A DNA stretch of 64,000 nt from Octopus vulgaris (lineage: Eukaryota), in contig OX597815.1 of assembly GCA_951406725.2 (NCBI GenBank), positions 185,690,001 through 185,754,000 on the forward strand, in the 5' to 3' direction. The notes below the pieces were generated by a model. It was not told the DNA's origin. It saw only the letters and a list, made by a program, of their open reading frames with translations, and searched no databases. Of this stretch, positions 1 through 13,665 are shown piece by piece. How positions within the stretch are numbered: the stretch's first letter is position 1; every line of letters begins with the position of its first letter. Both the position numbers and the translations under genes were made by a program.

Positions 1-123
1 AGTTTCTACAGCTGGATGCCCTTCCTAACACCAACCACTCCTAGAGTGTAGTGGGTGCTTTTACATGCCACCGGCATGAGGGTCAGTCAGGTAGTATATA
101 TATATATATATGCTATATGCCCG

Positions 124-348
124 TGGGTATGTGGCATAGTGGTTATAAAAATACTACTACTACTAATAATAATAATAATAATAATAGTAATAACAACAAC
201 ATGGAAAAATACCTTAGGAATGAGAACCCAGGTTCGAAATTTCCCCAAGACACCTGATGAAGGCTGGAGGGTATATCAGCCGAAACATTGTGTTAACAAC
301 AAACAAGACGAGAACAAATATCTGTCAAATGTAAATAATGTAAATAAC
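124..348 (+). mobile_element. Short Penelope-like (pLTR-type) element with A-box-like head, (AAT)n and a minimal hammerhead motif
   Basis: tggcatagtggtta, then (aat)n, then ataccttaggaatgagaacccagg...acac-CTGATGA-a-ggctg-gagggtatat-cagcc-GAAA-catt-gtgt. The same module recurs at 19497-19745(-), 19751-20160(+) and 41672-41779(-). Confidence 0.7.
249..294 (+). ncRNA. Minimal type I hammerhead ribozyme motif (PLE type)
   Basis: Core CTGATGA 254-260; stem II ggctg/cagcc; GAAA 282-285; stem I gacac/gtgtt. Helix III is reduced to AC(a)T, where the palindromic ACGT would be expected. Confidence 0.6.
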
Positions 349-1081
349 TTCTAATATGTTCTAAAGTTAAGTGCTGAGCTGGCAATTGTTACTGAGCTGG
401 AAAAAAACTATAGCAGAATTCCTTCTGAATTTACTTTCTGAGTTCAAATGTTAGCAAAGATGACTGTCTTTCACCCATTCAGAATCGATGAAAGAAATAC
501 CAGTTGAATCAATGTAATTGATTTACCTCTTTTTCTGAAATTGTTGGCTTTGTACCAAAATTTGAAACCAATATTTTCTAGAGTTAAAAGGACAAACTAG
601 TCACAACCTTAGATTACTAGCTTAACTCAAATCCACCACATGCATTTCAGTGTAACTCTGAACTCTTTCCCCCCACCTTTTTTTTTTAATCTAAATTAAA
701 ATTTGCCTTTTCACTTAACACATTAAAATAGTCTTGCCACTTAACACATTAGAAATTGAAATAAGCTCGTTACTACAGAAACTAGTATAAGCACCGGCCT
801 TATAAACACTTAAAAGTTTTGAAAATAATAAAAAAAAATTTTCTCTATAGTACTTGACATTTTAATCCCAAAAATGTAAAGGCATTTTCCTACTTTAGCA
901 ACACAAAATTAAATCTCTTAACAATAAGAAATAAAATGTGCAATTGTTATTTGTACAAAAGCTTACACCAACATAAATAATCCAGGAGATTTCACTATAA
1001 AAATGTTAAAAACTTCTTAAAATTCAAGAATGCAAACAAGTAGATTGATTAATTTAAGTATTATTTAAAATGCAAGGAACA

Positions 1082-1120
<39 letters not shown>

Positions 1121-2447
1121 CATAGGGGAAAAAATGTCTCTTAAAATTGTTTATTAAAACCAACTTTTTAAATGTTAAGCCAGAAAAGCAATCTTGCGAA
1201 AGACATTTTGATGGCATTTGTTGTCATGCAACAGTAGCGTGATTCCCCCAATTGTATCTGCCAATTTTTACAACAATACAAGAATGGTTCTAAATCTCTT
1301 TAACAGATACAAACTAGAAGAAACCCTAATTGGATTTTTAAGAACCAAACTAGTCAAATACAACGAGCACAGCGCACCATTGTTAAGAGGGTTAAGAAAA
1401 GAAAAAGCTTATACATTTACCTGTAATATTTTAAAACTTTTATTATCAGGTAATACTTTCTAGAAGATGGATTTTAGAAATACACAAAGTTGCTATGGAA
1501 ATAAAAAGATTAATAAAAAATCTGTTTAAATTTAATTGCTCACTTTTGGAAAATACCATACTTAAAACTTCTTTATGGAAACGCATGAGTTGAAGATGGG
1601 CCTGATTAGAATAAAGAAAGTTATTAACATGTCATTTTCAGCTATATTTAAAGATGAACAATGTCAGTCATGAAATATTGACGAGGATTTCTGAAGTTGC
1701 TGATGAATTCAATAATTAATAGAACCACAGATTAATTTTCTTAAATTCTGAAAGTTGGTTTATTTATTTTTTATGCATGCTTAAATTTCACATTGGTTTG
1801 GATTTTGGGTTTTTCTTTTTCTCTTCAAAATGCCATATATTTATTGTATTAATGGAATTGAATTATAGAATTTCAATCCATGTTATTCGATAATAAAATA
1901 TTGAGCATATGCAGGATTGCGGAAACAAATCTTAAAAAAAAAGGTAAATAACCTAGACATTAAAATGGATAAAAATGAATATAGCCATAACTGAATACAA
2001 AACAAAAAACAAAAAAAAAATCTAATCATTGTGCTTAATATTTGGCATTTTATTTTCAATCTACTCTCAAAGACAAAATATTTAGGTATTTAACTGTCTG
2101 AAATTTCAGTTTTAATAAACAGCAATGAACTGACATTCAATAGCAAATTCCAAGACAAAAATTATTGTAACTACCTTACAGGTGATCAAAAATGATAGCC
2201 TAAATTACAGTTTATTACATTCTTATATTATGAAAATAATTTATTGGTCAAATAAAAGCTTTGGTAATTTGTATTATTACATTCAAATTCTTCCTGTAAC
2301 ATCACACACATATATATATACTGTTTATTTATTATTATGTACTTTATTGTGATTTAGATAAATGTTTTATCATATATTTTATTTTTTTCTCTATGGTATG
2401 ATTTATGTCTATCATTGTTTGAATTACATAATAGGGGATTTTCTCTA

Positions 2448-2492
<45 letters not shown>

Positions 2493-2567
2493 ATAATAAA
2501 ATGAATGGTTTACACCTGGTAGCTTACTGGTAAAGCACGGTCACTTTCAGAGTGATCGTTAGGTAAA

Positions 2568-2815
2568 TAACAAATGAAAGACAGACGATGGAATATATGG
2601 GAATATATTATTAATCACAAAAAGCTGCATTGTGGAACAGTCATTTTAACGAGTTTTTTTATTTATTTATCATCTGACGAGATGCATCTGCACCACCAGA
2701 TACTCCTGAACCAGTTCTTGAATGTCCCACAAGAGGAGTCAATGCTAGATGTGTCAAAACAATTGTTGTGATTAATAATATATTCTTGTATATTCCATTT
2801 TCTGTCTTTCATTTG

Positions 2816-2819
<4 letters not shown>
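2568..2819. repeat. ~52-bp inverted repeat enclosing a decayed hammerhead motif
   Basis: taacaaatgaaagacag...atattattaatcac pairs with gtgattaataatat...ctgtctttcatttgtta. Inside: CTGACGA-gatgcatct...agatgtgtc-(a)AAAC-aattg-TT. Confidence 0.7.
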
Positions 2820-2856
<37 letters not shown>

Positions 2857-2867
2857 CATACATACAT

Positions 2868-3014
2868 ACTTAAACAACAATTTTTTATAATTATGAGTAT
2901 AATTATAATTAGGGTTCAGCAAAATAACCCCTAATTATAGGGTTTATAAAAAAAAACCTATGCTGAACCCTAATTATAATTATACTCATAATTATAAAAA
3001 ATTGTTGTTTAAGT
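2868..3014. repeat. Perfect 54-bp inverted repeat with a 39-bp spacer
   Basis: 2868-2921 is the exact reverse complement of 2961-3014. Confidence 0.92.
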
Positions 3015-3954
3015 TTACCAATAATGGTTCTTTTAACATGCTGAAACTACTTGGTAAAATTATTAATAATTGATAATTAATAATTATTAATTAATCAATT
3101 AATTAATTTTACCCTTTATTATTATTGATACATACATACAATTAGTTTCAAAACTAACAAGTGAACAGCCATCTTGATCTCTTACTTAATATGAGGGTGT
3201 TATTATAACACAGAATTCTGTGATATTTACATTGTTAGGAACTCTCATATGGACTTGTGATGCATAAAAGCACTTATTTATGTATCGTTAAATGACTATA
3301 ATTATATTGTTGAATGACTAGAACCCTCTACTACAGTTACTGGAACTTCAAGGATGTTATATCACCACTGGACATCTATAAGTGAACTCATGGGATCTGG
3401 CAGTATCGTTGACCATAGCAGACAGTTCTTGTCTGTCAACAATATAATTACAAGTGTTTTTAAGCACCAGGAGTCTATATGAAAGGTCCTCACAAGGTAA
3501 CTGACATAATATTCTGTGTTCTTATGCAACCTCCACATGAAGTCGGAGATCAATATTGCTATTTGGTATTATACTGCTTCTGTCACTGTTAATTATTGTT
3601 TTAATAACTGAACATACATTGAGTATGAAATTAATTCTGTTGGATCTGTTTGAAGCACTATGTAGCTACTGTCTTCATAAGAACTTCTTAACATCAAATA
3701 TTCAGTGAGCAGGCATCCATCTGATAGGACAGGACAATAATTTTCAGTTATGAATGATGTTGGTAGTTAGAATTACAAGTATATTTAGAACATGGCTGAA
3801 GGGAAGTATCTTTTCTGCATACTAAATATACATATGGTAGATATTACACATGTAATTTAGTGTTGAAAGACTTTGACTAAATGACATGTAGTCAACAGAT
3901 AAAAAGCACTTTCTTAGGAGGTTTATAATGTGAAAACAACAAACAAGGGAAATA

Positions 3955-4343
3955 ACGCCAATAACTCTGAGCACTTTTTCAAACTCCACCTGTCTAACAC
4001 CCGTGGATATGTTTACAAAGTCAGAAAACAGCACAGCTCCCATGACTTTCGGAAACATTTTTTCACGCTAAGAGTTGCTGAAGCATGGAACATACTGCCG
4101 GCATCAGTTGTTAGTTGTCGGAGCACTGCATCCTTCAAAACTTCCATGCTTCCTGAGATTCGCCAACACTACACCTGATTTTCTCCCCTCCATACCCATG
4201 CAAGCATGTATATGACTCATACACTGTTCACTTTCCAAACATTTGTACATTACTGCATATGCTTTATATGCACTTTTGACAAGTTGTGGTGCACCTGAGC
4301 ACTGTATACAATAATTTCATTATTATTATTATTATTATTATTA
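3955..4343 (+). mobile_element. 5'-truncated CR1/L2-group LINE 3' end with (ATT)n tail
   Basis: NTRGYVYKVRKQHSSHDFRKHFFTLRVAEAWNILPASVV...SFK matches the CR1-group ORF2 C-terminal TRG..K...RK.FF..RV...WN.LP motif. (att)n tail at 4319-4343. Confidence 0.8.
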
Positions 4344-5108
4344 TAAAATCAACTAATTGAAATTTGATACTTTGTCACCTCTAAGTTTCTCCAAGTAAAA
4401 TAAGCTTTACTGAAAGCTGTTTCTTGCTTTCACCAGAGGAATTGTGAAGATGAGATTTACTCCTGGCTACTTTATCTTTATTTATCTAGTTGTCAAAACA
4501 CTTTAAAGAAAAAAAAAATCCTATTTGAAGATGCTGCACACATTTTAGATTCATTAGTTTTAAATCCAAATAGTTTAAATCTCATACAAATAGAAATATT
4601 ATTTGTGTCCTCTAGGAAATTTAATAAAATTACAGAAATTGTTTGTTTATTTGTTCAAAGTAATATTTTGTTATTTGCAAAATATGAATTAAACATTTAA
4701 AAGTCTTAGAACGGATAAAATAAAAGAAAGAAACGAAGATAACATTCTTTAGATTTAGAACCAGTTTTGAACATTAGTCTCTATGGCAACAATGCAAAAC
4801 AAAATATTTTAGGTCTTTGGACTGTCTACTATACTAATTACTATGACAATTATAAACATTTATTGCTTGCTGAGTGAATAAAATTGAGTAATGAAAAGGT
4901 TAGGACAATGCATGTGTTCTAAACTTCCTTATGTTGACTCTGTATATTGATAAAAGTACTTTTGTGTCACATAATTATATTTGTTTCTTTACAAAATTGC
5001 TTTGATATTTTCTGCTTCCTGCTTTAGTAAAGACTCAGTTGTCTAGGCACGTTCGCGGCTTGGTTGTGTTAGTTTTGGTGCAATATGTTTCTATAATGGC
5101 ATAATGGT

Positions 5109-5408
5109 GGAGGCACATGGCCTAGTGGTTAGAGCAATGGACTCGCGGTTGAGGGATCGCGGGTTTGAATCTCAGACCGGGCGATGTGTGTGTTTATGAG
5201 CGAAACACCTAAGCTCCACACAGCTCCGGCAGAAGGTAATGGCAAACTTCTGCTGACTCTTTTGCCACAACTTTCTCTCACTCTTTCCTCCTGCACCTTG
5301 CGGCTCACCTACGACGGACCAGCGTCCTGTCCAGGTGGGGAACCTATACGCCAAAGAAACTGGGAAACCGGCCCTAATGAGCCAGGCATGGCTCAAGATA
5401 GAACAAAC
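5109..5408 (+). mobile_element. Third tRNA-derived SINE family (V-domain-like)
   Basis: A box tggcctagtggttagagc and B box gggtttgaatc. The 3' part (gtccaggtggggaa...gggaaaccggccct.atgagcc.ggcatggctc) is shared with 40830-41075. Confidence 0.75.
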
Positions 5409-6616
5409 ATATAATGGCATAATGAGTAAGAGTAAAATCATGATAGAAATATTATCATCGTTTAACGTCTGTTTTTCATGCTGGCATGGGTTGGACACTT
5501 TGACTGCACTAGGTTTCAATCTGATCTGGCAATGTTTCTACAGCTGGATGTCCTTCCTAACACCAACCACTCTGAGAGTGTAGTGGGTGCTTTTTACATG
5601 CCACTGGCACAGGAACCAGTCAGGTTGGCCTGGCATCGATCACATTCGGATAGTGCTTTTTAAGTGCTACCAACATGGGGGCTAGTCCAGCAGCACTGGC
5701 AACAATCAGCCACGTTTGGATGGTGTTTTTTACATGCCACCGGCAAGGGAGCCAGTCAGGGGTCACTGGCCACAGCTACAGTAGTTTATAATATCCTACG
5801 ATGCTGGTGTGTTTATGTCCCCGTAACTTAGCAGTTCGGCAAAAGAGATTGATAGAATAAGTACTAGGCTTACAAAGAATAAGTCCTGGGGTCGATTTGC
5901 TCGACTAAAGGTGGTGCTCCAGCATGGCCACAGTCAAATGACTGAAACGAGTAAAAGAATGAAAAGAATGAAAAGAATGATATTCTGGCAACTGTAGAAT
6001 GTGTTTGCTTCCCAACCACATGTTTCTGGGTTCAGTCACTCAGAGTGACACCTTGGGCAAGTGTCTTCTACTATAGCCTTTCAACCAACAAATACCTTGT
6101 CTGTGGATTTGGAAGATGGAAACTGTTTAATAGTATTTTGTCAGTATTTTGATAGTCTGAGTTCTATCTCCACAATGGTCATCTTTATCTTTCTTCATTT
6201 TGGGGTTGAGAAAATAAGAACCTGTTGAGCAATGGGGGTCGATTTTATCATCTGATCTCTCACTATAATTGCTAGCTTTGTGTTAAAACTTGAGACCAAT
6301 ATTTTCTTGTGATCTAGAATAAACTAAGATATTTCCAGTCAACCTAATTAGAAAATACAAAGGAATTTACAATGTATTAGACAGTAATAATTACATCCAA
6401 ACATAAACACTTAAAAAAAAATATATAATTAACAATTATTTGTGATGGCAAAAGTCAATTTAGTGAGAAGCAGATAGCAGGTTTTGGTGGTGGCCACAGA
6501 GAAAAACAAAATCCAATATTCTTTGATAAAGACCTATTCTTTAAATATAATATATGGTAGCATGTATCGATTTTGTCTTTTCTAATAATTCATACATGGT
6601 ATCAAAACACATTTTT

Positions 6617-7042
6617 TTCTTCTTTAGGCACAAGGCCCAAAATTTCGGGGGAGGGAGCCAGTCAATGAGATCGACCACAGTATGCAACTGGTACTTAATT
6701 TATTGACCCTGAAATGATGAAAGGCAAAGTCAACCTCGGCGGAATTTGAACTCAGAACGTAAAGACAGACGAAATACCGCAAAGCATTTCGCCCGGCATG
6801 CTAACAATTCTGCCAGCCCGCCAACTTAGTGACTTCAAATATTCTTTTCTACTTTAGGCACAAGGCCTGAAATTTCTGGGGAGGGAGCCAGTCGATGAGA
6901 TCGACCACAGTATGCAACTGGTACTTACTTTATTGACCCCCAAAAGGATGACCTTGACAGAATTTGAACTCAGAACGTAAAGACTGACAAAATACCGCTA
7001 AGCATTTCACCCAGTGTGCTAACGATTCTACCAGCTTGCCAC
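6617..7042 (-). mobile_element. Two tandem MetaSINE-like SINEs. Further copies at ~375-575, 6130-6300, 24715-24840, 26907-27050, 30349-30572, 30835-31050, 31171-31575, 50580-50720
   Basis: Repeated aggcacaaggcc.gaaattt.gggg...caactggtacttaatttat.gaccc.gaaaggatgaaaggcaaagtc. Confidence 0.8.
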
Positions 7043-7787
7043 TTTATGATATCAAAACATTGTCATATGATTCTTTACAGACAAGAAATGCAGAATACAA
7101 TCCTGAGTGAAAAGCTGAAAAATTTTCCTCATTTTCAAATCTTGTTTTATTTGACATATAGCTCTTCCATGGAATATATTAGTTTTAAAGTAAATATCAA
7201 CACAATATCTACAGGAAATGGTATTAAAGTGACAATTATTCTAATAGAAAGTTAAGATTTTGTTTGCAAGAGGAAAGAAATATTTGCATTTTGCTATTTT
7301 AAGTTAAACTTCCCAAAATAGAAATAATATATTTATTTTATTATTGGTTCAAATGTAAATAAAAGAAAATGAATCTTGAAATTTGGATAAATATTGTCCT
7401 TTTGATTCCACTTTATACATATTACAGGAGAGATACTTCTGTATATCCAAATATTACAAAATTAGATTAAAAGGATATAAAAAAACCTGATTAGCTTATT
7501 GAATATTTTCACCAGGATTGAATAAGCCAAGAAGTGCAATGAGCTTTTTCCCAGAGCGCAGTACAATGTCAATTGAAAATTTTGATTAAATTCTGATCTT
7601 TTGAACTTCAGTACATTCAATATATTGATCCTTTGCTCGTGCTAGAGCTAATATTTAAATTTCTTTCTTTTTTTTGTGTACTTTAAACCATTCTTCACCA
7701 TCACCATATCACAACTACACTTACAAACTTATTCTCCCTTTCTCTCTCACTCTGAGTATATACTTTATAGGAATATTGACAAAGGTG

Positions 7788-8110
7788 TGGCTGTATGGTT
7801 AGAAGTTTGCTTCCCAGCCACATGGTTCAAGGTTCAGTCCCACTACCAGGCACAATGTGTCGTCCACCATAAGTGTCTTCAACTATAGCCTTAGTCTCAC
7901 CAAAGCTTTGTGAATGATTTGGTAGACAGAAACCGAAAGAAGCCCATTATGGCTGTGTGGTAAGAAGTTTGCTTCCCAGCCACATGGTTCAAGGTTCAGT
8001 CCCACTACCAGGCACAATGTGTCTCCCACTATAAGTGTCTTCAACTATAGCCTTGGTCTCACCAAAGCTTTGTGAGTGGATTTGGTAGACAGAAACTGAA
8101 AGAAGCCCAT
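7788..8110 (+). repeat. Tandem duplication (period ~162 bp) of the SINE 5' half
   Basis: tggctgt.tggt.agaagtttgcttcccagccacatggttcaaggttcagtcccactaccaggcacaatgtgtc at 7788 and 7950, sharing private variants. Confidence 0.85.
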
Positions 8111-8835
8111 TATATCATCATCATCACCATCATTTAATGTCTGTTTTCTAGTGGCATGTAAAAAGCACTCACTAAACTCTCAGAGTGGTTGGCGTTAGGA
8201 AGGACATCCAGCTGTAGAAACCTTGCCAGATCAGATTGAAGCCTGGTGCAGCCTTGTGTGGCCTCCTGGTTTGCCAGTCCTCAGTCAAACTGTCAAAGTG
8301 TGATGGAGTCAGTACTATTGAACAAACAGGTAATCCAACAGAACTGTAATAAACAATGAATAAACTTCAACTTCCATCTTATCCAGAATCACCATCACAA
8401 ACCGTGGACCCTGTTTGGTTTCGGATTTTCAGCCAGTTTCAACCTGAACTGAATCTTTAATGCTGCATTATACAACACTTTTGAAAACAAATTCTATCAA
8501 CCAAAATACCACTGTTATAATGATAAATATTGATATGGAAGAAGAGCAGAAAGCAACTCTCCAGAGTATCCGTGTTTGGTGATGAAGTTTACGTCAACTA
8601 TCAACTATGTCACATAGTGGCCATTTAATCAGATTACTTTGACTTCTGTTTACATTCATCTATTTTGGCACCTTCTGTTTCCTCCCCTGGGAAGAAATGT
8701 TGGCTTCAAACACAACATGTCAGATAACACATATACAAAGACACAATACTAAAGTCCTGTTGAACTTATGGAAACCTAGAGAAAAACATGTTATGATGCT
8801 GTTGTGTATGTGGATATAATATGTATATATGCATG

Positions 8836-8866
<31 letters not shown>

Positions 8867-9289
8867 TAGTTTTATTTTTATAGCATGCTTTCACTTCACT
8901 ACTGAGTGCAGCTCTGTGTGCCTTGGCGTTGTGCTGTGGTTTGTTGTGATGCTCTTACGGTTACTGTATTGAAAGTGTTCTGCGTAGGATGTGTGCAGTG
9001 CCCAGTAGTGCAATTTTTTGTATGTTATATATATTTGTAAGTCTTGGTGTTTTTGTTATGTATTTGTCTGAATATTTTTTTATCATACCTAATGCGCCTA
9101 CTATGATTACTTATTATTATTATTATTTCATTCATGCACAACAGATTAGACTGTTGGAAAAAATTCCTAACATCAAGCTACAAGTAACCTTAGATGCCAA
9201 GAACCTCCCTATGTATCCCAACTCTCCCTAATAATACTGCTTTCCTTTAAATGTTGTTGTTGTTATGTATATATGTTACTTATTACTAT

Positions 9290-10022
9290 AAAAATAAGAA
9301 TGGGTAAGAGTAAGTTCAGAGAACATCTTCCACTGCTGGCATCAAAAGTAATCTCCTTCAAACTGAAAGTTAGACTGTATGACACTTATGTTATAACTGT
9401 GATGCTGCATGGTAGTGAGACATGGGCCATGAATGCAGAATGCTTGGGAAGACTGGAAAGAAATGATGCCAGCATGCTCTGTTGGGTGTGCACTGTAAGT
9501 ATGCATGAATAATCTAGCACAAAGGTGCTGGTGTGGAGAGAATAATTTAGAAGAATCACATGTAGTGTACAAGAAATATTGTGCTGGTATGGACACATGG
9601 TGTATATAGATGAAGGCGACTGTATAAAGGGGTACCAAATAATTAACATGGATGGAGTTTGTTGGTAGAAGAATGAAATCGCGAAAAACAAGGGACAAAA
9701 CGGTGAAGATTGTTGTCAAGACCTTGAACATCACGGAGAAGATGGTGAGAAACTGGAATGCCTGATGATATGCAGTTTACAAGGGGACCTAAAGGAATCA
9801 GTAAAACTAAATTCTGAAAGCACTGTGCGTAAATATGCACAACAGGGCCCTCACCCTGATGACAATAAAAGAAGCACCCAGTACACACGGTTTGCTATTT
9901 GGAAAGGCATCCACCAATGGGAACCAGGGGAAAGTAGACAGTGAAGCATGGCGCAGTCTATGGACCCCTCAGATCATCTCAAACAACCCAATCCATGTCA
10001 ACTAGGATTAGATGATGATGAC
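9290..10022 (+). mobile_element. RTE-clade LINE 3' fragment (ORF2 C-terminus, 3'UTR, (GAT)n tail)
   Basis: KFREHLPLL...KVRLYDTYVITVMLHGSETWAM...RLERNDASMLCWVC followed by a WYGHMV motif. The 3'UTR resembles the abundant (CAT)n-tailed repeats. Confidence 0.85.
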
Positions 10023-10990
10023 AATATATGTGTGTGTGTGTGTGTTTGTGTTCCTGCCTCAAGGCTTTCACTCCACACATGCCAGCTCAACTTGATTTGT
10101 CTCTATTAGTCAAAGGACACCTGTTATCATTTTCTTGTTGTTTGTCTTTGTAAATGAATAACATTTACTCCATTTTTTTTTCTTGTCTTTGTTGTCATAC
10201 ACCTCCCGAAATATATAATGCTCTTAGCTTAGATTTTTGGGGCCAGCAAGATTTGAAAAGTCTCAAGTGTAACAGGCCGAAACTGTAAAGATAATCTGGA
10301 AACTTGACTGATGAGAGAAGGCCACGAATGGCTTGTCCTTGTTTTGTCTTGTTTGTCTTTTCGTTGTTTTTCCTGTCCGTCTTTGTATTGTCTATGAGTC
10401 TGGATTTTTTTCTTGTTGCTGTTGCAGTCTTGTTTCATTTTATGGGATATATATATATATATCATCATAATACACACATATATCCTCCATTTTATTTGGA
10501 ATACACATATTCCACTGTAAGATATTTTTCTATTAGATCCATTTCCCTAATTTAAAAATTTCTTAGAACCCTTTCACCCCCACCACCCGCTCCACCCCAC
10601 CATTTTTGACATTTGATTCAATTGCTCTCCTCCTGCCATTTCCAATTGGCACATTGCCGCTATGGCACACCTCAGTCAAATTGTTTTCTCTTAAATATGC
10701 CCACTTATGTTTCTTTCCTTACACATTTATCCCCTCCTCTCATGAAACCCTCTCCTTTTGTTTTTTTTTATCTTTTTTCTCTCTTTCTTCATCCACTCCT
10801 GTTTAATTCTATAAACGAGCAGAACTTTACAGGAGATTCTTTCCATAGAATTTCAAGATGTATTAGTTGGAAATTTGAATTATTGTGAAACTGATATTTA
10901 TCTCGGTAAAACTCTGCATAGCCTTCAAAAAATTGTTGATGATAGTAGTCATCATAATGATTTACATATATACATATACATACATATACA

Positions 10991-11024
<34 letters not shown>

Positions 11025-11401
11025 GGGCATCCAGCTGTAGAAACACTGCCAGATCTGACTGGCCTGGTGCAGCCTTCGGGCTTGCCAGACCCCAGTTGAA
11101 CCGTCCAACCCATGCTAGCATGGAAAGCGGACGTTAAACGATGATGATGATGATGATGATGATGATATATATATATATACATACACATATATACACATGT
11201 AAATGCATGTGTGTATATATATATATATACATATATACATGCATCCATTTATAAAGAACACACACACACATGAATATGTAGGTGTGTATTGAAAACATCT
11301 TATTGCAAAATCATTTTCTATTTACAAAAGTTAAAGAAAGATACTCTTGAAGAACTAAACAAATAGTGAATTATATATTTCAGCCTGTAAATCATTGTTC
11401 T

Positions 11402-11442
<41 letters not shown>

Positions 11443-11746
11443 CTGGGTTCCTTGCCTCTTTTCTCTCTTCAAATTGTGTATGCTCTACTCCTGCAATTAG
11501 GTAAATACATGTATGTATACATACAATGCTTGCATGCATATTTGTATATATATATATGCGTGTGTGTGTGTCTGTATAAATATATATAAATATATGTGTG
11601 TGTGTGTGTCTGTATAAATATATATAAATATATGTGTGTGTGTGTGTCTGTATAAATATATATAAATATATGTGTGTGTGTATATATATATATATATATA
11701 CATATATATATGTATGTAAGTATATATATAAATATATGTATGTATG

Positions 11747-11792
<46 letters not shown>

Positions 11793-11945
11793 TATATAAA
11801 TGTTTGTGTGTATGTAATAAATTACCTAATTTACAGTCGATCTCTCCTCTCCAATACTTTTGGTTTCTTGCCAGTGGAATTGGTCAGCTGACCTTCTCCC
11901 ACTCTTTCATTCTCTCTCTCTCTGTATGCATGTATGTGTATATAT

Positions 11946-11995
<50 letters not shown>

Positions 11996-12403
11996 TGATA
12001 GACAGAGAAAAAGAAAGAAAGAGAGAATGAAATTTACATACTCAGAAGCATCATTGAGAAATGGTTGCCACAGATGAGGCTGTCTGCATAGATTTTTACA
12101 TTTTATTTTAGAAGTTTTTCATAATAGCCGTAAACCAATGTTAATTTGAAGCAAGTTTTTTATGCAGTAATTTTTTTTCTCCCTTATAACAAGCAATAAT
12201 TGGTTGTGTGAACAGGAATAAGGTTCTGGGCCTTACAGTGAAGGTTATAAGGTTCCAAAAAATACGTCTTCTATGCCAATTATTTTGAAGCCTAAACAGA
12301 GTTTTTAACCGAGATAAAAATATATTTTAATGATAACAACTCTAGCTATTTTTTTGTTTGGATGGTGAATATATAAAAACAAACTCCCCATTTACATTCT
12401 GAG

Positions 12404-12458
<55 letters not shown>

Positions 12459-12464
12459 TTGTTA

Positions 12465-12642
12465 GCTCCTACATGCATTTTTTTTCTCTCCTTGTTTTTT
12501 TCTGTGTATCTTTCTGTCGAAGAGCGTAGGCTCGAAACGTAAAAGACTTGTTCTATTTCTATTCCTGAGCGCCATACTAATACATTTGTTTGTTTGTACT
12601 CCACCTGCCTTCGTCTTTTGTTTATTTTCATAAACCTTCCCG
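12465..12642 (+). mobile_element. Penelope-type short repeat with a variant hammerhead at 12509-12546
   Basis: tcttt-CTGTCGA-a-gagc-gtag-gctc-GAAA-cgta-aaaga. Homologous to 48795-48975 on the opposite strand. Confidence 0.65.
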
Positions 12643-12676
<34 letters not shown>

Positions 12677-13369
12677 GTGTGTGTATTACAATGGAAAACC
12701 TAAAGGGAAACACTTCGGTAAGTCATTCTACATGGCATCTACATATATATTAAGGTCTTACATTGGTAATATTGTAAAAACTAATTCAGATTCTCTGTTA
12801 TTTTTTTATCTTTTACCTGTTTTAATCCTTTGACTGGCCATGCTGGGATACTGCTTTGAAGGATTTTAGAGGAATGAATTGACCCAGATTTTATTTATAT
12901 CCTATTTTTAAGCCTAGTACTTATTCTATCAGTTTCTCTTGCCAAACCACTAAGATATGGGAACATAAACACACCAACATCGGTTGGGAAATGATGGTGG
13001 GTGACAAACAGAGACACAAAGACACACACCACTATGCTCACACATACATTTTTTTTTTTTTTTTTCAAGTTTCAGCTCAGAGCTGCGGCCATGCTGATGC
13101 ACCGCCGTTACACATATGTGTAAATGTTCGAAATACGAGAGTAGAAAAACTGCCATCAACTGATGAAGGGCAGTTCTTTGTTTTGTTTGTTTTGTATTTC
13201 ATTTGTGTTTTTCGTTGTTTGAAAGAATAGTTCATATTCCATGTACTTGTGCTTCATATTTTGTTGTACATGTTTCATGACATCCTGTGCCCACATATGC
13301 TTATATATATATATATATGTATATATAGATATATGTACATATACGTATGTATATATGCATATACATATT

Positions 13370-13403
<34 letters not shown>

Positions 13404-13495
13404 GATTGATAGATTCAGTTGAATATGGTACTTAAGTTAAAGGCATCAGAATTTAGTATGGTATTATCCATATAATTCAAAATGGTGTGATTACA

Positions 13496-13665
13496 ATCAA
13501 AATAAGCAACAAGGATATCCAGTGGTAATGCAGTACGATCGTTATGCAGCTGAAGATTGCTCTACATTTTAAAATTGATGTAATATTTGCATTGTTCAAT
13601 TAAATGTAGTCACATGTAACAATCGTACAGCATTACCTCTGGATATCCTTGTTGCTTATTTTGAT
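13496..13665. repeat. 49-bp inverted repeat (3 mismatches) enclosing a CTGAAGA hammerhead remnant
   Basis: atcaaaataagcaacaaggatatccag...gatcgtta pairs with taacaatcgtac...ccttgttgcttattttgat. Inner stem ctacattt/aaatgtag. Confidence 0.8.

Noticed and set aside
1421-1492. Minus-strand exon candidate with ag/gtaaat boundaries
   Set aside because: There are stops in all three frames. The shorter 39-nt alternative has no other support.
5109-5180. tRNA-like sequences at SINE heads (also 40830, 41947, 42762)
   Set aside because: They have no complete cloverleaf and continue into SINE bodies.
8355-8720. Possible Gypsy gag remnant (LPSYPE...DPVWFRIFSQF)
   Set aside because: The similarity is too short and no LTRs or pol are visible.
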